From: a virus
Virus record (IMG/VR): IMGVR_UViG_3300043409_001491
Span: 32,001-96,000 of that record
Reading direction: 5' to 3' (one strand)
Length of the DNA: 64,000 nt
Part shown: piece by piece, positions 37,187 through 48,537 of the stretch
Layout: each line of letters opens with the position of its first letter
Numbering within the stretch: the first letter of the stretch is position 1
Translations under genes and position numbers: made by a program
Notes under the pieces: model-generated
Databases searched by the model: none
What the model was told of the DNA's origin: nothing
Seen by the model: the letters and a program-made list of their open reading frames with translations, nothing else

Positions 37187-38163
37187 TGCAAATACTTAGA
37201 CTTCCCCCATATCCATTAACCCTTTCTTATACAGTTCCAGATGCATCTACAGAGTATATTATTGTAATTGATGATCTATTGGAACAGACAGAACTTGAGG
37301 TTATTCGTGTTTCTAATGCTCAAAAGGTTTTAACTTATACCCTTACTGACAATTTTCTTAAATATGACAAGTCTTATCCCGTTACAATTTACGAAAGCAT
37401 TACAGTATCTGGAGTTCAAGATATTCGTGGAGATATTGTTCTAGAAGACAATCTAGACATTGTAAGACCATATGTAGATCCAGCAACACTTGGAACAACT
37501 CCAACAGAAATTACAGAATATACAGAGTATGAGAATCTTGCAAGAGCAATAATTGATTCAGTTGTGGGTGGCTTTTATTATAAGAGAACCTACCTAGAAG
37601 TTGTTGGCCAAGGAACTGACTACATTCCGCTATGGGATAAAGTACATAAAATTTTAACGGTACACGAAAATGCAGAACTGGTATATGACTCATCAGAAAC
37701 TCCAGCAGCATTAACTACATATAACTATTTAATAACAAAAGACAAGACTGCAATTACAAAGGATCCTGTAGAAACAGTAGATGCTTTAAACCGTGCAGAA
37801 AGAAAACCCGCAAGAATACCATTAGGATACTCAGACTCAATCTCTTTATTTGATACAGAAGACAGCGGAAACGTTCAAACGGTTAGTGGTGGAGTAGCAT
37901 TTTCTGAGGGAACAGATTATATTATTCTTCTAGAAACTGGATATAAGGTAGTACCATATGATATTCAAGACGCAACAAAGATGTTAATAAATGATATTAA
38001 GTGTGGAAGACTTGATTATTATAAGAGATACGTAAAAGCCTATAGCACAGAGCAATTTAAGATTGAATATGATAAGAGATTGCTTGATGGAACTGGTAAC
38101 ATTCTAGTAGATAAGATTTTAAACAAGTACCTTAATAACATTGTCAAGCCTGGGATTTTATAA
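37186..38163 (+). CDS. Head-to-tail adaptor
   Basis: Position; ARAIID...GY..VP.DIQ.A...L. Confidence 0.75.
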   Translation: MQILRLPPYPLTLSYTVPDASTEYIIVIDDLLEQTELEVIRVSNAQKVLTYTLTDNFLKYDKSYPVTIYESITVSGVQDIRGDIVLEDNLDIVRPYVDPATLGTTPTEITEYTEYENLARAIIDSVVGGFYYKRTYLEVVGQGTDYIPLWDKVHKILTVHENAELVYDSSETPAALTTYNYLITKDKTAITKDPVETVDALNRAERKPARIPLGYSDSISLFDTEDSGNVQTVSGGVAFSEGTDYIILLETGYKVVPYDIQDATKMLINDIKCGRLDYYKRYVKAYSTEQFKIEYDKRLLDGTGNILVDKILNKYLNNIVKPGIL

Positions 38164-38609
38164 TGGAATCATGCGAAGATACAGACTTCATGTATCCCAT
38201 GAAAGCAGATGTCTACTATCCAATAGTTGAACAAGGTGCTTATGGCAATGTTCAAAAAACTTGGGTTTTTAATAAAACAATAATTTGTAATTTTTCTAAA
38301 GATGGAACGGTAGACGAAGAAGTAAAGCCAAATGTAAACATAACATTAAAAAAAGTCTTAATGGGAAGAACAAAAAAAGACATTAGATTCTCACAAGAAA
38401 ACAATGCAGACGCAATAACAAACGTAGTCATAACAAACATTAGAACAAGAACAGATGTTCCCCTGTATATAGAGACTTCTGGAGTTAGGGCTGGTAAATC
38501 AACAATATACGAGATAGAGTCTCAGTCTCCAATCATAGGACCATTTGGAGATCCAGACTATTATGCTTTGGCTATCCGCCGTTCAGAGAATCAGGCATCG
38601 GACATATAA
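38163..38609 (+). CDS. Head-tail stopper/closure protein
   Basis: Position, size and beta-rich pattern. Confidence 0.6.
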   Translation: MESCEDTDFMYPMKADVYYPIVEQGAYGNVQKTWVFNKTIICNFSKDGTVDEEVKPNVNITLKKVLMGRTKKDIRFSQENNADAITNVVITNIRTRTDVPLYIETSGVRAGKSTIYEIESQSPIIGPFGDPDYYALAIRRSENQASDI

Positions 38610-39286
38610 TGAGAGTATCCGTAAACACTAAGCAATTTACAAAAGAAATGAACAACATTGTTGAATATTCTTTAGGATATCTAGATGGAGTAAAAGCAGG
38701 GAAGTCAGTGTTTTTTAAAAACCTTGGACTAAATGTAAAAGAAGTATTAGAAAAGTATATTGACTCAAATGCAAGGGTAAACCCTCAAGCACTCCACCAC
38801 ATATATGAGTGGTCTAAAGTTGGAAGTCCAGAAGCAAGATTATATGATATAAACTATACAGTAAGCAATTTAGGATTATCATTTATGACAAACTTTAAAC
38901 AATCTTCATCAATTAAGAATGGGTCAAATGTTCCATTCTATGATAAGGCAAGAATTATGGAGCAAGGCATTTCAGTTGTGATTACTCCAAAAGATTCTAA
39001 TGTTTTGGTTTTTGAAGAAAATGGAGAAACGGTTTTTACTAAAGGTAGCGTTACGGTTGATAGTCCAGGAGGAGATGCAACCACTGGTGGTTTTGAAAAT
39101 GTAGTTGATTCTTTCTTTACAAAGTATTTTACTCAAGCATTTTTAAGATCAAGCGGAGTAGCCGCATATTTAGAAAATCCAGTATTATACAAAAACAATA
39201 TTCGTGCAGGCAAAACTTCTGGAAGATCAAAGGGAGTGTCCGTAGGATATAAATGGATAACAAATGCGGGGCTAATAAATGGCTGA
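38609..39286 (+). CDS. Neck/tail completion protein
   Basis: Position in siphovirus gene order. Confidence 0.55.
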   Translation: MRVSVNTKQFTKEMNNIVEYSLGYLDGVKAGKSVFFKNLGLNVKEVLEKYIDSNARVNPQALHHIYEWSKVGSPEARLYDINYTVSNLGLSFMTNFKQSSSIKNGSNVPFYDKARIMEQGISVVITPKDSNVLVFEENGETVFTKGSVTVDSPGGDATTGGFENVVDSFFTKYFTQAFLRSSGVAAYLENPVLYKNNIRAGKTSGRSKGVSVGYKWITNAGLING

Positions 39287-39866
39287 TACAAACATATTAA
39301 ATACTCCATTAATTTGGATTAATAAATACTTACAGGCAAAAGTTTCTGATGCTGCTGATTTAGATATGATTCCATTTTTCCCAACAGCGCCAACAGCAAT
39401 TGATGATTTAACTGAGTCGTTTCCAGAAGGCGCACTGTGCGTATATGACAGATTGTCAAGAATGAATAAGAGTAAATTTCCACATATAAAAACAGAACAA
39501 GTTTTATATTATTTTTATGCTACAGCAGCAGACTCAGTAGTAACTATGATAAAAATACAAGAGGCTGTTTTAAGGTTAATGGATAGACTAGATGAGACAG
39601 CAGAAGAAGTAAATAATTGGTGCTCTATCCGTAAAGTTAACCTAGGTACAGCAGACAATCCCGACTTTATAAATAACATGTTCTATTTCCATAGATTTAG
39701 GGTTTACCAACTAGAAGAGGCAAGAGACATTATTGACTTTGGTACAGCAAGAACCTATGGCGGCAATAAGTTTATTATTGAGTTTGATTATCACCAAATG
39801 CCAGGGATAAATACACATACCTGGACCCCAGAAGGACTTCCAGTAGGCGGAAAAATTACTATATAA
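39279..39866 (+). CDS. Tail terminator-like protein
   Basis: Position before the tail tube gene. Confidence 0.55.
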   Translation: MADTNILNTPLIWINKYLQAKVSDAADLDMIPFFPTAPTAIDDLTESFPEGALCVYDRLSRMNKSKFPHIKTEQVLYYFYATAADSVVTMIKIQEAVLRLMDRLDETAEEVNNWCSIRKVNLGTADNPDFINNMFYFHRFRVYQLEEARDIIDFGTARTYGGNKFIIEFDYHQMPGINTHTWTPEGLPVGGKITI

Positions 39867-39942
39867 AAAGATGTTATAATTGTGTCTGAGGAAACAAAAA
39901 CGCCAAAATAACTTAATATCTATTTAAGAAAGAGGTGAATAA

Positions 39943-40578
39943 ATGGCTTATAGTCGTGGAACATCAACCAACATTATCGTTGGTGCTGCAGCATTCTTTA
40001 TGGCAGACTCAACTTTAGTACCAACAGTAACTCCATCATTCGTATCATCAGACTCATATAGAGAGACTCTATCTGCATCTGCAACATATGACAATGTGGG
40101 CTACACAACCAACGGACTTGAAATGCAGTTCCAACCAGACTTCGGTGAAGTCCAGGTAGACCAGATTCTTGACGTTGCGAAACTTTACAAGCAGGGAATG
40201 CAAGTTAGCGTTGCAACTGCTTTTGCTGAAGCCACTCTAGAGAACCTTCTATTGGCTCTAGCAGGCAGCAATGATGATTTGACTGGAACAAAGTCTTCAT
40301 CTACTGGACGTATCTTGAACCTTTCTGCAGGAGACTTGGGCGAATGTCCAGTTGAGCGTGGTATCGTTGCGGTAGGACCAGGAACAGGCGACTGTGAAGA
40401 TTCTGCTGCAGTAGAGCGTGTATACATTGGATACCGTGCTCTATCAATTGAAAACGTAACAGTTTCAGCAAAGCGTGATGAGGCTTCAATGTTTGAAGTA
40501 TCATTCCGTCTTCTACCAGAAGACACATCAGGTGCATACGGCAAGATCATTGACCGTACACACACAGTTACATCATAA
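39943..40578 (+). CDS. Major tail tube protein
   Basis: NIIVGAA, VGYTTNG, V.VDQ, AEATLENL; strong RBS; followed by terminator. Confidence 0.85.
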   Translation: MAYSRGTSTNIIVGAAAFFMADSTLVPTVTPSFVSSDSYRETLSASATYDNVGYTTNGLEMQFQPDFGEVQVDQILDVAKLYKQGMQVSVATAFAEATLENLLLALAGSNDDLTGTKSSSTGRILNLSAGDLGECPVERGIVAVGPGTGDCEDSAAVERVYIGYRALSIENVTVSAKRDEASMFEVSFRLLPEDTSGAYGKIIDRTHTVTS

Positions 40579-40612
40579 TAATGTTGTAATAATCTAGTTT
40601 TAGATTACAACT

Positions 40613-40648
40613 AGCCCACTTCCTTAATTGGAGGTGGGTTTTTTGTTT
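40613..40648 (+). terminator. Terminator after tail tube gene
   Basis: CCCACTTCC/GGAGGTGGG stem plus T run. Confidence 0.8.
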
Positions 40649-40666
40649 GTGGTAGAATTAAGTATA

Positions 40667-41377
40667 ATGGCAACCAGAATATACAAAAATCAAACAATAT
40701 CTTTGTTTAATGGGAAAGAATTAGAAATCATACCATTAAAGATAAGATATCTTCGTGAATTTATGGAAGTATTTAAAGATATCAAACAGGCCAAAGATGA
40801 TGATGAATCTATTGCTGTATTAGTAGAGTGTGTTCGTATATGCATGAAACAATATTACCCAGAAATATCATCTAGCACTGCAGACATAGAAGATAATTTT
40901 GATATGCCCACCATCTATAAAATACTAGATACCTCTGCTGGAATTAATATTAATGAAAAATCAGAGGAGCCCGTAAAAAATCAAGCAGAAAAAAGTGGGG
41001 AAACCTGGGAAACATTAGATTTAGCAAAACTTGAGGCAGAGGTATTTTTGCTGGGTATCTGGAAAGATTATCAAGAACTAGAAACGTCTTTATCAATGCC
41101 AGAACTAATGATGACCCTTGAAGTAATTAGAGAGTTAGATTACTCAGAAAAGAAGTTTCTTGCAGCAATTCAAGGCGTGGATTTAGACGGGGATAAAAAT
41201 CAAAATAAAGGTCAAAAAGAATGGGAAGACATGAAAGCAAGAGTCTTTAGTGGTGGTAAAGCAACAGATAGCAATGATGTCTTGGCTTTACAAGGAGTTA
41301 ATGCTCAAAAAGCAGGGTTTGGAATTGGCATGGGGCTAGACTATGGCGATCAAAGAGACCCTAATGTGATGAAGTAA
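40667..41377 (+). CDS. Tail assembly chaperone, long (gpGT-like) form
   Basis: Between tube and TMP; N-terminal half paralogous to 41443. Confidence 0.75.
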   Translation: MATRIYKNQTISLFNGKELEIIPLKIRYLREFMEVFKDIKQAKDDDESIAVLVECVRICMKQYYPEISSSTADIEDNFDMPTIYKILDTSAGININEKSEEPVKNQAEKSGETWETLDLAKLEAEVFLLGIWKDYQELETSLSMPELMMTLEVIRELDYSEKKFLAAIQGVDLDGDKNQNKGQKEWEDMKARVFSGGKATDSNDVLALQGVNAQKAGFGIGMGLDYGDQRDPNVMK

Positions 41378-41442
41378 AAAAATGAAACAACTTAAAAATA
41401 GCCTATTTGTGCTATAATTAACATAACTTATAGGAGGAACAA

Positions 41443-41760
41443 ATGTCAACAACCGTACATGAGACTGAAAAAGTCAAACTCATTGATGGAACAGAGATAA
41501 CCGTTCGCCCCCTTAAGATCTCACTTCTTCGTCCTTTCATGAAGAAGTTTGAAGGGGTGGCAAAAGTTGCGGAAGATAACGAGAAGTCTATGACTCTTCT
41601 TGTTGAGTGCGTCCAGATTGCTATGCAGCAATACAAGCCAGAATTGGCTGGAGACGTAGCAAAGTTGGAAGATCTACTTGATTTACCAACAGTTTACAAA
41701 ATTGTAGAAGCAGCATCAGGTATTAACCTGACAGCAGTTTCTGATATTCTGGCAAACTAG
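41443..41760 (+). CDS. Tail assembly chaperone, short (gpG-like) form
   Basis: Own TGCTATAAT promoter and AGGAGG RBS; paralogue of 40667. Confidence 0.75.
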   Translation: MSTTVHETEKVKLIDGTEITVRPLKISLLRPFMKKFEGVAKVAEDNEKSMTLLVECVQIAMQQYKPELAGDVAKLEDLLDLPTVYKIVEAASGINLTAVSDILAN

Positions 41761-41791
41761 TCATATAGGCATACTAGAAGAGGTGTGAAGC

Positions 41792-44700
41792 GTGGCTGAT
41801 GTCAATGCTAATATTGATATAAACATTGACTCGTCCAATGCGATATCGCAACTTAAGTCTTTACAAAGACAGATATCTCAGTTTCACACCTCTATTGCAA
41901 AATCTAGCGAGTCGGCAGCATTAGCCCAAAGAGGTCTAGAAAAAAATCTACTTAATAGCATAAACTCTATTGGGTCTTTTTCTGCAGAATTACGCACAGT
42001 AAAAACAACTGCGGAGTCTTTTACTACAGCCCTTGAAGGAAACAAATTCTCAATGCGAGAATACTTCCGTTATGCGGGGGGATCAACTAAAACTTTTGGT
42101 AAATTATTTAGATCAGAATTTGACACAATTGGCAAGGTAGCAGAAGAGCGAGTAAAGAAACTACAAACCCAGTATATTAAAATGGGGCGTGACACTACTG
42201 GAGCAATGAAGGCAATTGCAGTAATGCCAAAATCTTTGGACATGTCAGATTACAATACAAAGATACAGGTAGCAGCACAAAAACAAGCATTATTTAATCA
42301 ATTAATGAAACAAGGTTCTACCAACCTATTGAACTTTGGTAAGAATACACAGTGGGCAGGCCGCCAGTTAATGGTTGGTTTTACAATTCCTTTGACTATT
42401 CTTGGAAGCACTGCATCAAAAACATTTATGGAGATGGAAGCCCAGGCACTTAAATTTAAAAAGGTTTATGGAGATCTCTTTACCCCACAAGCAGAAACTC
42501 AAGCAGCATTAGATGGCATTACAGAACTTGGGCAGATGTTTACAAAGTATGGGGTGGCAGTATCTTCTACTGTTGGCTTAGCAGCAGAAGCCGCTGCCGC
42601 TGGTTTCCAGGGATTAGACTTACAACGTCAAACAACAGAAGCAACAAGACTTTCTATCCTGGGTCAAATAGAAAATACCAAAGCCCTTGAAACAACCATA
42701 TCACTTCAAAATGCCTTTGGCATGTCCTCTGATAAACTTGCAGACTCAATTAACTTTCTTAACGCAGTAGAAAACCAGACAGTTGTATCACTTGATGATA
42801 TTACAACTGCAATTCCAAAAGTTGCTCCAGTTATTCAGCAACTTGGTGGAGACGTAAAAGATTTAACATTCTTTATTGCAGCAATGAAAGAGGGTGGAAT
42901 TAATGCATCAGAGGGCGCTAACGCACTTAAGTCTGGCCTTGCAGCATTAATTAATCCAACCAGAAAAGCCAATGCAATGCTTTCTCAATTTGGAATTAAC
43001 GCTAGAGAGATTGTTGTAAAAAATAAAGGTAACTTAAAGGCAACAGTCGTTGAATTTGCAACAGCATTAAATCAACTTGATCCACTCAATAGAGCACAGG
43101 CAATTGAACAGATGTTTGGTAAGTTCCAGTTTGCTCGTTTATCAACTCTGTTTGCAAACGTGGCTAAAGATGGAAACCAGGCTTCTCGCGTTCTTGATTT
43201 GGCAAACTCATCTGTAGAGGAACTTTCAGCCTTATCTGAAAGAGAATTAGGCATGACCGCTGAATCTTCAATGAACAAATTTAAAAAGGCTGTTGAAGAT
43301 TTAAAGTTTGCTCTTATCCCAGTTGGCAAGGCATTCCTAGAAGCCGTAACCCCAATTGCAGAATTTGTTGGAAACATACTAAGTAAATTTAATGACTTGT
43401 CTGCTGGATCAAAAAAAGCAATCACACTTCTTGTTACAGTAATTGGTGGTTTAGGTCCAGTACTCCTTATGACATTTGGTTTGCTTGCAAATGGTGTTGC
43501 TAATATAATTAAACTATTCTTGACTCTTCGTCAAGGGTATCAAAGGTTAACTGGACAGTCTCAAGTACTTGGTGAACAAACACAATACTTAACAATGGAG
43601 CAATTAGATGCTGCCGCCGTTGCTCACTCACTTGATCAGGCACATGCTAAATTAACTCAAAGATTTACTCTTGAAGCAGAGGCTTTAAATAAATTAATTA
43701 TTGCTTATCAGTCTGCAGCAACAGCGGGACAAAGATTTGCAATGAACAACCCAGGCATGATGTTGCCACCTAGAGCCCCAAAGAAATTAGCAAGCGGTAT
43801 TGTAAGTGTTCCAGGCAGCGGTAATAAAGATACAGTTCCTGCAATGCTTGCTCCAGGAGAAGCAGTTATCCCATCAAAATTTGCAAAGAAGTATGCTCCA
43901 CTAATTCAAGGAATGGTTGCTGGAAACATACCTGGGTACAAAGAGGGAGTCGTAAGAGACCCTGGATCTGGATCAGCAGGAAGAGTTGGAAAAGTTGTTC
44001 CAACAGTTGTTCGTCCATATTCTTCAAACGTTGGAGCCACTAAAGGTTTGGTTGACTTTTTAAATATTGATCCAGGAAATACAGCAGACGTTGTTAGTCT
44101 TTATACAAAACAAATATTAGAAGAAGCAAAAGTATCAGCACAATCTGTAGTTGTTGAAATTAACAAATGGAGACAAAACAACATGGCTGCTTTACAAAAA
44201 GCAGCAGCAGCAGTAAATGCTGGAGCAGATGCAACAACAGAGTTTGGACCATTGGTAAGCAAATTTAATCAAGATATGGAAACCGCACAGGGCCCATTTA
44301 GTCAATTTGCTAAAACTGCACAAACAATGGCTCCTAAATTATCAAAAGATTTAGTTGAAGCACAACAAAAAGCAAAAGAATTAAATTTAAATGTTAAAAA
44401 TGCTGCAGATGCTGTCAAACTTTCACAAGAATTACCAAACAATGTAATTGCTTCTAATTTGTCAAAACCAGGAAATTTTTCACAATACTCAAAAATTAGA
44501 GCAGGAGCAGGTTCTAGATTTGGAGATGACAAAGGCATTGAGTCTATGGGAATTCCTAGATTTATGTTGCCAGATATGCACCCTAGCGAAAGAGCATACA
44601 AGTTGGGAACATCTCAAGAACACGTAAGTTCTTCTGTTCAACAACAAGAGCAAGCCATAAGATTAAAAGCAGAAAGAAGCGCAAGAAAAAATGCTAGTGT

Positions 44701-47700
44701 GTATCAATCAGAAGTTGAAAAAAATACAACAGATATTTATCCTGCAACAAGAGAAAGAACTAGCCCACACAAACTTGCAGCACAAGACGGCAAAGATGAT
44801 GCAAATGCCTATGAGAATGCAAAACAAACTGCAACCAAACAAAGACGACGTTCTGATAGACCACAGGGACCACCATCAATAGGTCTTGGAGCAATTGGAC
44901 CTGGAGCAACAATTAGCCCAGCAGGATTGCAATCAGTTGTAAATGAAACAAGAGCAAGACAGACTGCTACAGAAAAACTTGGTAAACTTAATGGCGCAAT
45001 TATGGGCGGTACCTTTGCATTAACATCCCTTGCCAGCGCGGGATCAATGGCTTCAGGACCACTAGGAGACTTATCTCAACAGGTAATGAAATATTCAGGA
45101 TTGCTTTTTGGATTAATGTCTATAACTCAGTTACTTACTCAAGCAAAGGTTACAGACTTAGTTGCAACAAGAGCAGGCACTGTTGCAACAGCAATGGGCG
45201 GAACTGGTTTTAAATCCTTGTTTTCTAAAGGCGGAGGCCTTGCTGGATTTGGTAAAAACTTATTAACTGCTGGCAAATTTCTTTTAAGATTCCTTGGACC
45301 AATTGGACTTGTAACAACAGGATTACTTGCTGCATATTCAGTTATTAAAATGGTAAATGCCGCTAGAGAGCGTGAAAGATTAGCGATTGAGGGCCTTGGC
45401 GATGCCATGGCTACAACAACCTCTCAAGTAAAAACACTTGGAGAGTTTTTTGGTGTGCTTCCCAAAAAGTTACCATTTGATCTTCGTCAAACAGAAATAG
45501 TTTCCGCACCCGTTAGAACACAAAGAGAAAACTTAAAAGCAAGTCCAGAATTTCAAAAAGAGTTTAAGTCAACGATTGAGTCATTAAGAAAAGCAACTAA
45601 TGAAGAAGCAAAGATTGTTTTTTCTAGTTTAGCACTTAACCTTCAAGCACAAGGATTTGCAAAAGATCAAGTTCAAGTAATTGTTGATGCTCTTCGTGAA
45701 GAGTCATCGCAAACCGATGTAACCTTAGATGTAAAATCTTTAAATCTTTCTAAAGAATCTCTTGATAAATTAAAGAAAGATTTTGATCCACTGCTAGTTA
45801 GTTTAAATAAAGCATTAAGTGATGGTATAACTAAAAAACTTGTAGGTGGCGGTGGTGCTAAAGGTGCTTCAGCGCCTCTTCAAGAGATTATACTATTAAA
45901 TAAAAACGCACAAAAACAACTTGAAACTACATCTCAGTTTATATCCGAGACATCAAAGTCTGCATCAGGAATGTTTCAACTTGGATTAATTGATGGAAAA
46001 ACATATGAAGCAACTATAAGTGCAATTTTAGAAAGAACAAATGGACTAGACGAAGCACAAAGAAAAATTCTTTTAAATGATGTTTTTAAAAAACTTGGAG
46101 TATCAGCAACTGCGCTTAATGGTGTTTTAGGGGACACTGTAAAAGAAATGAGACTTCTTGCCTTAATGTCTTCTGGAATCCTTGGTAAAGATAGTCCAGT
46201 ATTAAAAGGACTTCAAGCACCAAAAGGAACAAAAGAATACCAAAATGCTTTAATTCAAATAACAAGATTATACGATAAAATGTTTGGAGCAATTGAAAAG
46301 GCTTCTAAGGTAGAACCTAAACCCTTTAATCCAAATGCTGGAGGGGCAGCAGGTGAACTATCTGAAATACAAAAAGCAATCAATAGCCTTAAAGAAAAAA
46401 CTAAACAAATTCTTGATCAATCAGCAGCATATAAGATTCTTAGGGATAACAACTATGATGCAGCAACAGCAGCAGAGTTAGCAGCAGACTCTTTAGTTGC
46501 TGCAGCCCTTGCTTCAGGCGCAATCAAGGCTGGAACAGAAAAATGGAAAGAATTTTTAGAAGCAATTAAAAAAGCAAAGAATGCCCTAGCCGTAGAGCCA
46601 GCAAACAAAGCAAGTCAAAAATTTGATACAGACAAACTAGCAATAGAGGCACAGACAAAGGCAATGAGAACCTTGCTTGCTGCTGGGTATGATGCAGCAG
46701 AAGCATTAGACATTGTTGGAGATGCAGACCTTGTAGCGTTAATAAATAATTCAGAAGCAGCGGGTCTTACATTTGATCAGGTAAAAGAAAAAATTGACAG
46801 TGCTGCAGAAGCCATTAAGAATCTTAAAAACCTTGGTAATCCATTTGCCGCAATTGAAGAACAAACTGAAAAATTTGAAAAAGCCTTTGCTGCAGCCATG
46901 GAAAAATTTAGAATTGAAGAAGAAAAGGCTAAAAAGAAATTTCAGCCAGGCATTGATCGAGCACAGGCTGAAGTTGATAGAATACAAAAAATAATTGATG
47001 GCATTAATAAAACAATTGATGGATTACAAACAAAAATTAAAGACAAACAACGCGGCATTGAAGAAAATATAACTAGAGAAGTTGAAAAATTTGAAGATAG
47101 TATTAAGGTAATTGAAGATAAGATTAAAGCAGAATTTGATTCCCCACTTGAAAAACTTTCTAGTGAGTCAGAGGTTTTATCTCACAACCTTGAATTAATA
47201 GACCATCAATCAGAAGCAATTAACTCTAAGTATGACCTGCAAGCAGAAGCCCTACAAAAAGTCTCTGACATTAATTCAGATATAGCAGATCAACAACAGA
47301 AACAACTTGGCCTTGCAGATGCTTTATCTCGTGGAGACATTTCTGCAGCAGCAGCAGCAGCGCAAGATATGAGGGCAGGATCTGCTGCAAGGGCTGCATC
47401 TGCTCAAAGCGGATTCCTTGATTCTGGACGTAAAGCAGAGTTGGCTGCCCTTACTGCTGGCGGTATGACAAGACTAAAAATTGAAGAGCGTCAATATCAA
47501 ATAGGACAAGAGCAATATAAACTTGAACAAGGTCGCAAACTTTTACAAAAAGAAATTTCAGATATTCAAGAATTTAAAATAGAGCCATTACTTGAAGAGC
47601 AAAAAAGAATAGAACTTGATATTCGTGATATTGAAGATGAAATCTATAAATTAGAAAATGCTCAAACAAACAGTTTAAGATCAAATAACATTGAATTAGA

Positions 47701-48535
47701 TGCTGCAAAGATTGCATTAGATGAAGCAAATGGAAAACTTCAAGAGGCTCTTGATAAAATTGCTGATCAAAAAAAGGTTTGGGAAGATGCTAAGTTTGGA
47801 ATTGATGAAGCAAAAAATTCTGTTGATATTTTAAATACATCTTTAGAAGAAACACTTAGGCTTGCAGAGGCAATCGCTGCAGCGTATGCAAGTATGGGCA
47901 GTGGAGATTTCTCAACAAGTGGATCATTTACTTCAGACGATAAAGCATTTGAAAGTTTTATAAGTATAGTTGAAGCACTTGATGCAGCACAAGCAGCATT
48001 TGATGCAGCAGTTGAAAGTGGAAACATGTATGCAGTTAGAAATGCTGGAGTAAGACTTGCAGCAGCACAAGCGGCCTACGACGCAACCCTTCCAACTGGA
48101 GGCGGTGGTGGTGGCGGTGGCAACAGTTTGCTTATGATGTCTTCTGGCGGTATGGTTCCAAAATATATGGCATATGGTGGAATGTCTATGGGGTCAGACA
48201 CAGTTCCAGCAATGCTAACTCCTGGCGAGTTTGTAATGAATAAAAAAGCAACTAAGGCTTTTGGCCCAGCACTTGCTGCCATGAATTCTTCTAAATACCC
48301 ATCAATGATGACTAAAGGTTTAAGTTCCCCTACCTATCAAACCTCAGCAACTAATATTAGTGCCCCCTCAAATGTATCAAACTCAACTTCTGTAAACAAC
48401 AACTCCAGTTCAGTGTATAATTATAGTGTAGGAATTAATGTTGGTGGATCTAATGCAAACCCTCAAGATATTGCAAGGGCCGTTATGACACAGATTAAAA
48501 ATGTTGATTCACAGAGAATTAGGACGCAGAGGTAA
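41792..48535 (+). CDS. Tape measure protein
   Basis: 2247 aa, helical Ala/Leu-rich; TP901-like core (ASEGANALKS); DTVPAML.PGE motif twice. Confidence 0.95.
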   Translation: MADVNANIDINIDSSNAISQLKSLQRQISQFHTSIAKSSESAALAQRGLEKNLLNSINSIGSFSAELRTVKTTAESFTTALEGNKFSMREYFRYAGGSTKTFGKLFRSEFDTIGKVAEERVKKLQTQYIKMGRDTTGAMKAIAVMPKSLDMSDYNTKIQVAAQKQALFNQLMKQGSTNLLNFGKNTQWAGRQLMVGFTIPLTILGSTASKTFMEMEAQALKFKKVYGDLFTPQAETQAALDGITELGQMFTKYGVAVSSTVGLAAEAAAAGFQGLDLQRQTTEATRLSILGQIENTKALETTISLQNAFGMSSDKLADSINFLNAVENQTVVSLDDITTAIPKVAPVIQQLGGDVKDLTFFIAAMKEGGINASEGANALKSGLAALINPTRKANAMLSQFGINAREIVVKNKGNLKATVVEFATALNQLDPLNRAQAIEQMFGKFQFARLSTLFANVAKDGNQASRVLDLANSSVEELSALSERELGMTAESSMNKFKKAVEDLKFALIPVGKAFLEAVTPIAEFVGNILSKFNDLSAGSKKAITLLVTVIGGLGPVLLMTFGLLANGVANIIKLFLTLRQGYQRLTGQSQVLGEQTQYLTMEQLDAAAVAHSLDQAHAKLTQRFTLEAEALNKLIIAYQSAATAGQRFAMNNPGMMLPPRAPKKLASGIVSVPGSGNKDTVPAMLAPGEAVIPSKFAKKYAPLIQGMVAGNIPGYKEGVVRDPGSGSAGRVGKVVPTVVRPYSSNVGATKGLVDFLNIDPGNTADVVSLYTKQILEEAKVSAQSVVVEINKWRQNNMAALQKAAAAVNAGADATTEFGPLVSKFNQDMETAQGPFSQFAKTAQTMAPKLSKDLVEAQQKAKELNLNVKNAADAVKLSQELPNNVIASNLSKPGNFSQYSKIRAGAGSRFGDDKGIESMGIPRFMLPDMHPSERAYKLGTSQEHVSSSVQQQEQAIRLKAERSARKNASVYQSEVEKNTTDIYPATRERTSPHKLAAQDGKDDANAYENAKQTATKQRRRSDRPQGPPSIGLGAIGPGATISPAGLQSVVNETRARQTATEKLGKLNGAIMGGTFALTSLASAGSMASGPLGDLSQQVMKYSGLLFGLMSITQLLTQAKVTDLVATRAGTVATAMGGTGFKSLFSKGGGLAGFGKNLLTAGKFLLRFLGPIGLVTTGLLAAYSVIKMVNAARERERLAIEGLGDAMATTTSQVKTLGEFFGVLPKKLPFDLRQTEIVSAPVRTQRENLKASPEFQKEFKSTIESLRKATNEEAKIVFSSLALNLQAQGFAKDQVQVIVDALREESSQTDVTLDVKSLNLSKESLDKLKKDFDPLLVSLNKALSDGITKKLVGGGGAKGASAPLQEIILLNKNAQKQLETTSQFISETSKSASGMFQLGLIDGKTYEATISAILERTNGLDEAQRKILLNDVFKKLGVSATALNGVLGDTVKEMRLLALMSSGILGKDSPVLKGLQAPKGTKEYQNALIQITRLYDKMFGAIEKASKVEPKPFNPNAGGAAGELSEIQKAINSLKEKTKQILDQSAAYKILRDNNYDAATAAELAADSLVAAALASGAIKAGTEKWKEFLEAIKKAKNALAVEPANKASQKFDTDKLAIEAQTKAMRTLLAAGYDAAEALDIVGDADLVALINNSEAAGLTFDQVKEKIDSAAEAIKNLKNLGNPFAAIEEQTEKFEKAFAAAMEKFRIEEEKAKKKFQPGIDRAQAEVDRIQKIIDGINKTIDGLQTKIKDKQRGIEENITREVEKFEDSIKVIEDKIKAEFDSPLEKLSSESEVLSHNLELIDHQSEAINSKYDLQAEALQKVSDINSDIADQQQKQLGLADALSRGDISAAAAAAQDMRAGSAARAASAQSGFLDSGRKAELAALTAGGMTRLKIEERQYQIGQEQYKLEQGRKLLQKEISDIQEFKIEPLLEEQKRIELDIRDIEDEIYKLENAQTNSLRSNNIELDAAKIALDEANGKLQEALDKIADQKKVWEDAKFGIDEAKNSVDILNTSLEETLRLAEAIAAAYASMGSGDFSTSGSFTSDDKAFESFISIVEALDAAQAAFDAAVESGNMYAVRNAGVRLAAAQAAYDATLPTGGGGGGGGNSLLMMSSGGMVPKYMAYGGMSMGSDTVPAMLTPGEFVMNKKATKAFGPALAAMNSSKYPSMMTKGLSSPTYQTSATNISAPSNVSNSTSVNNNSSSVYNYSVGINVGGSNANPQDIARAVMTQIKNVDSQRIRTQR

Positions 48536-48537
48536 AA

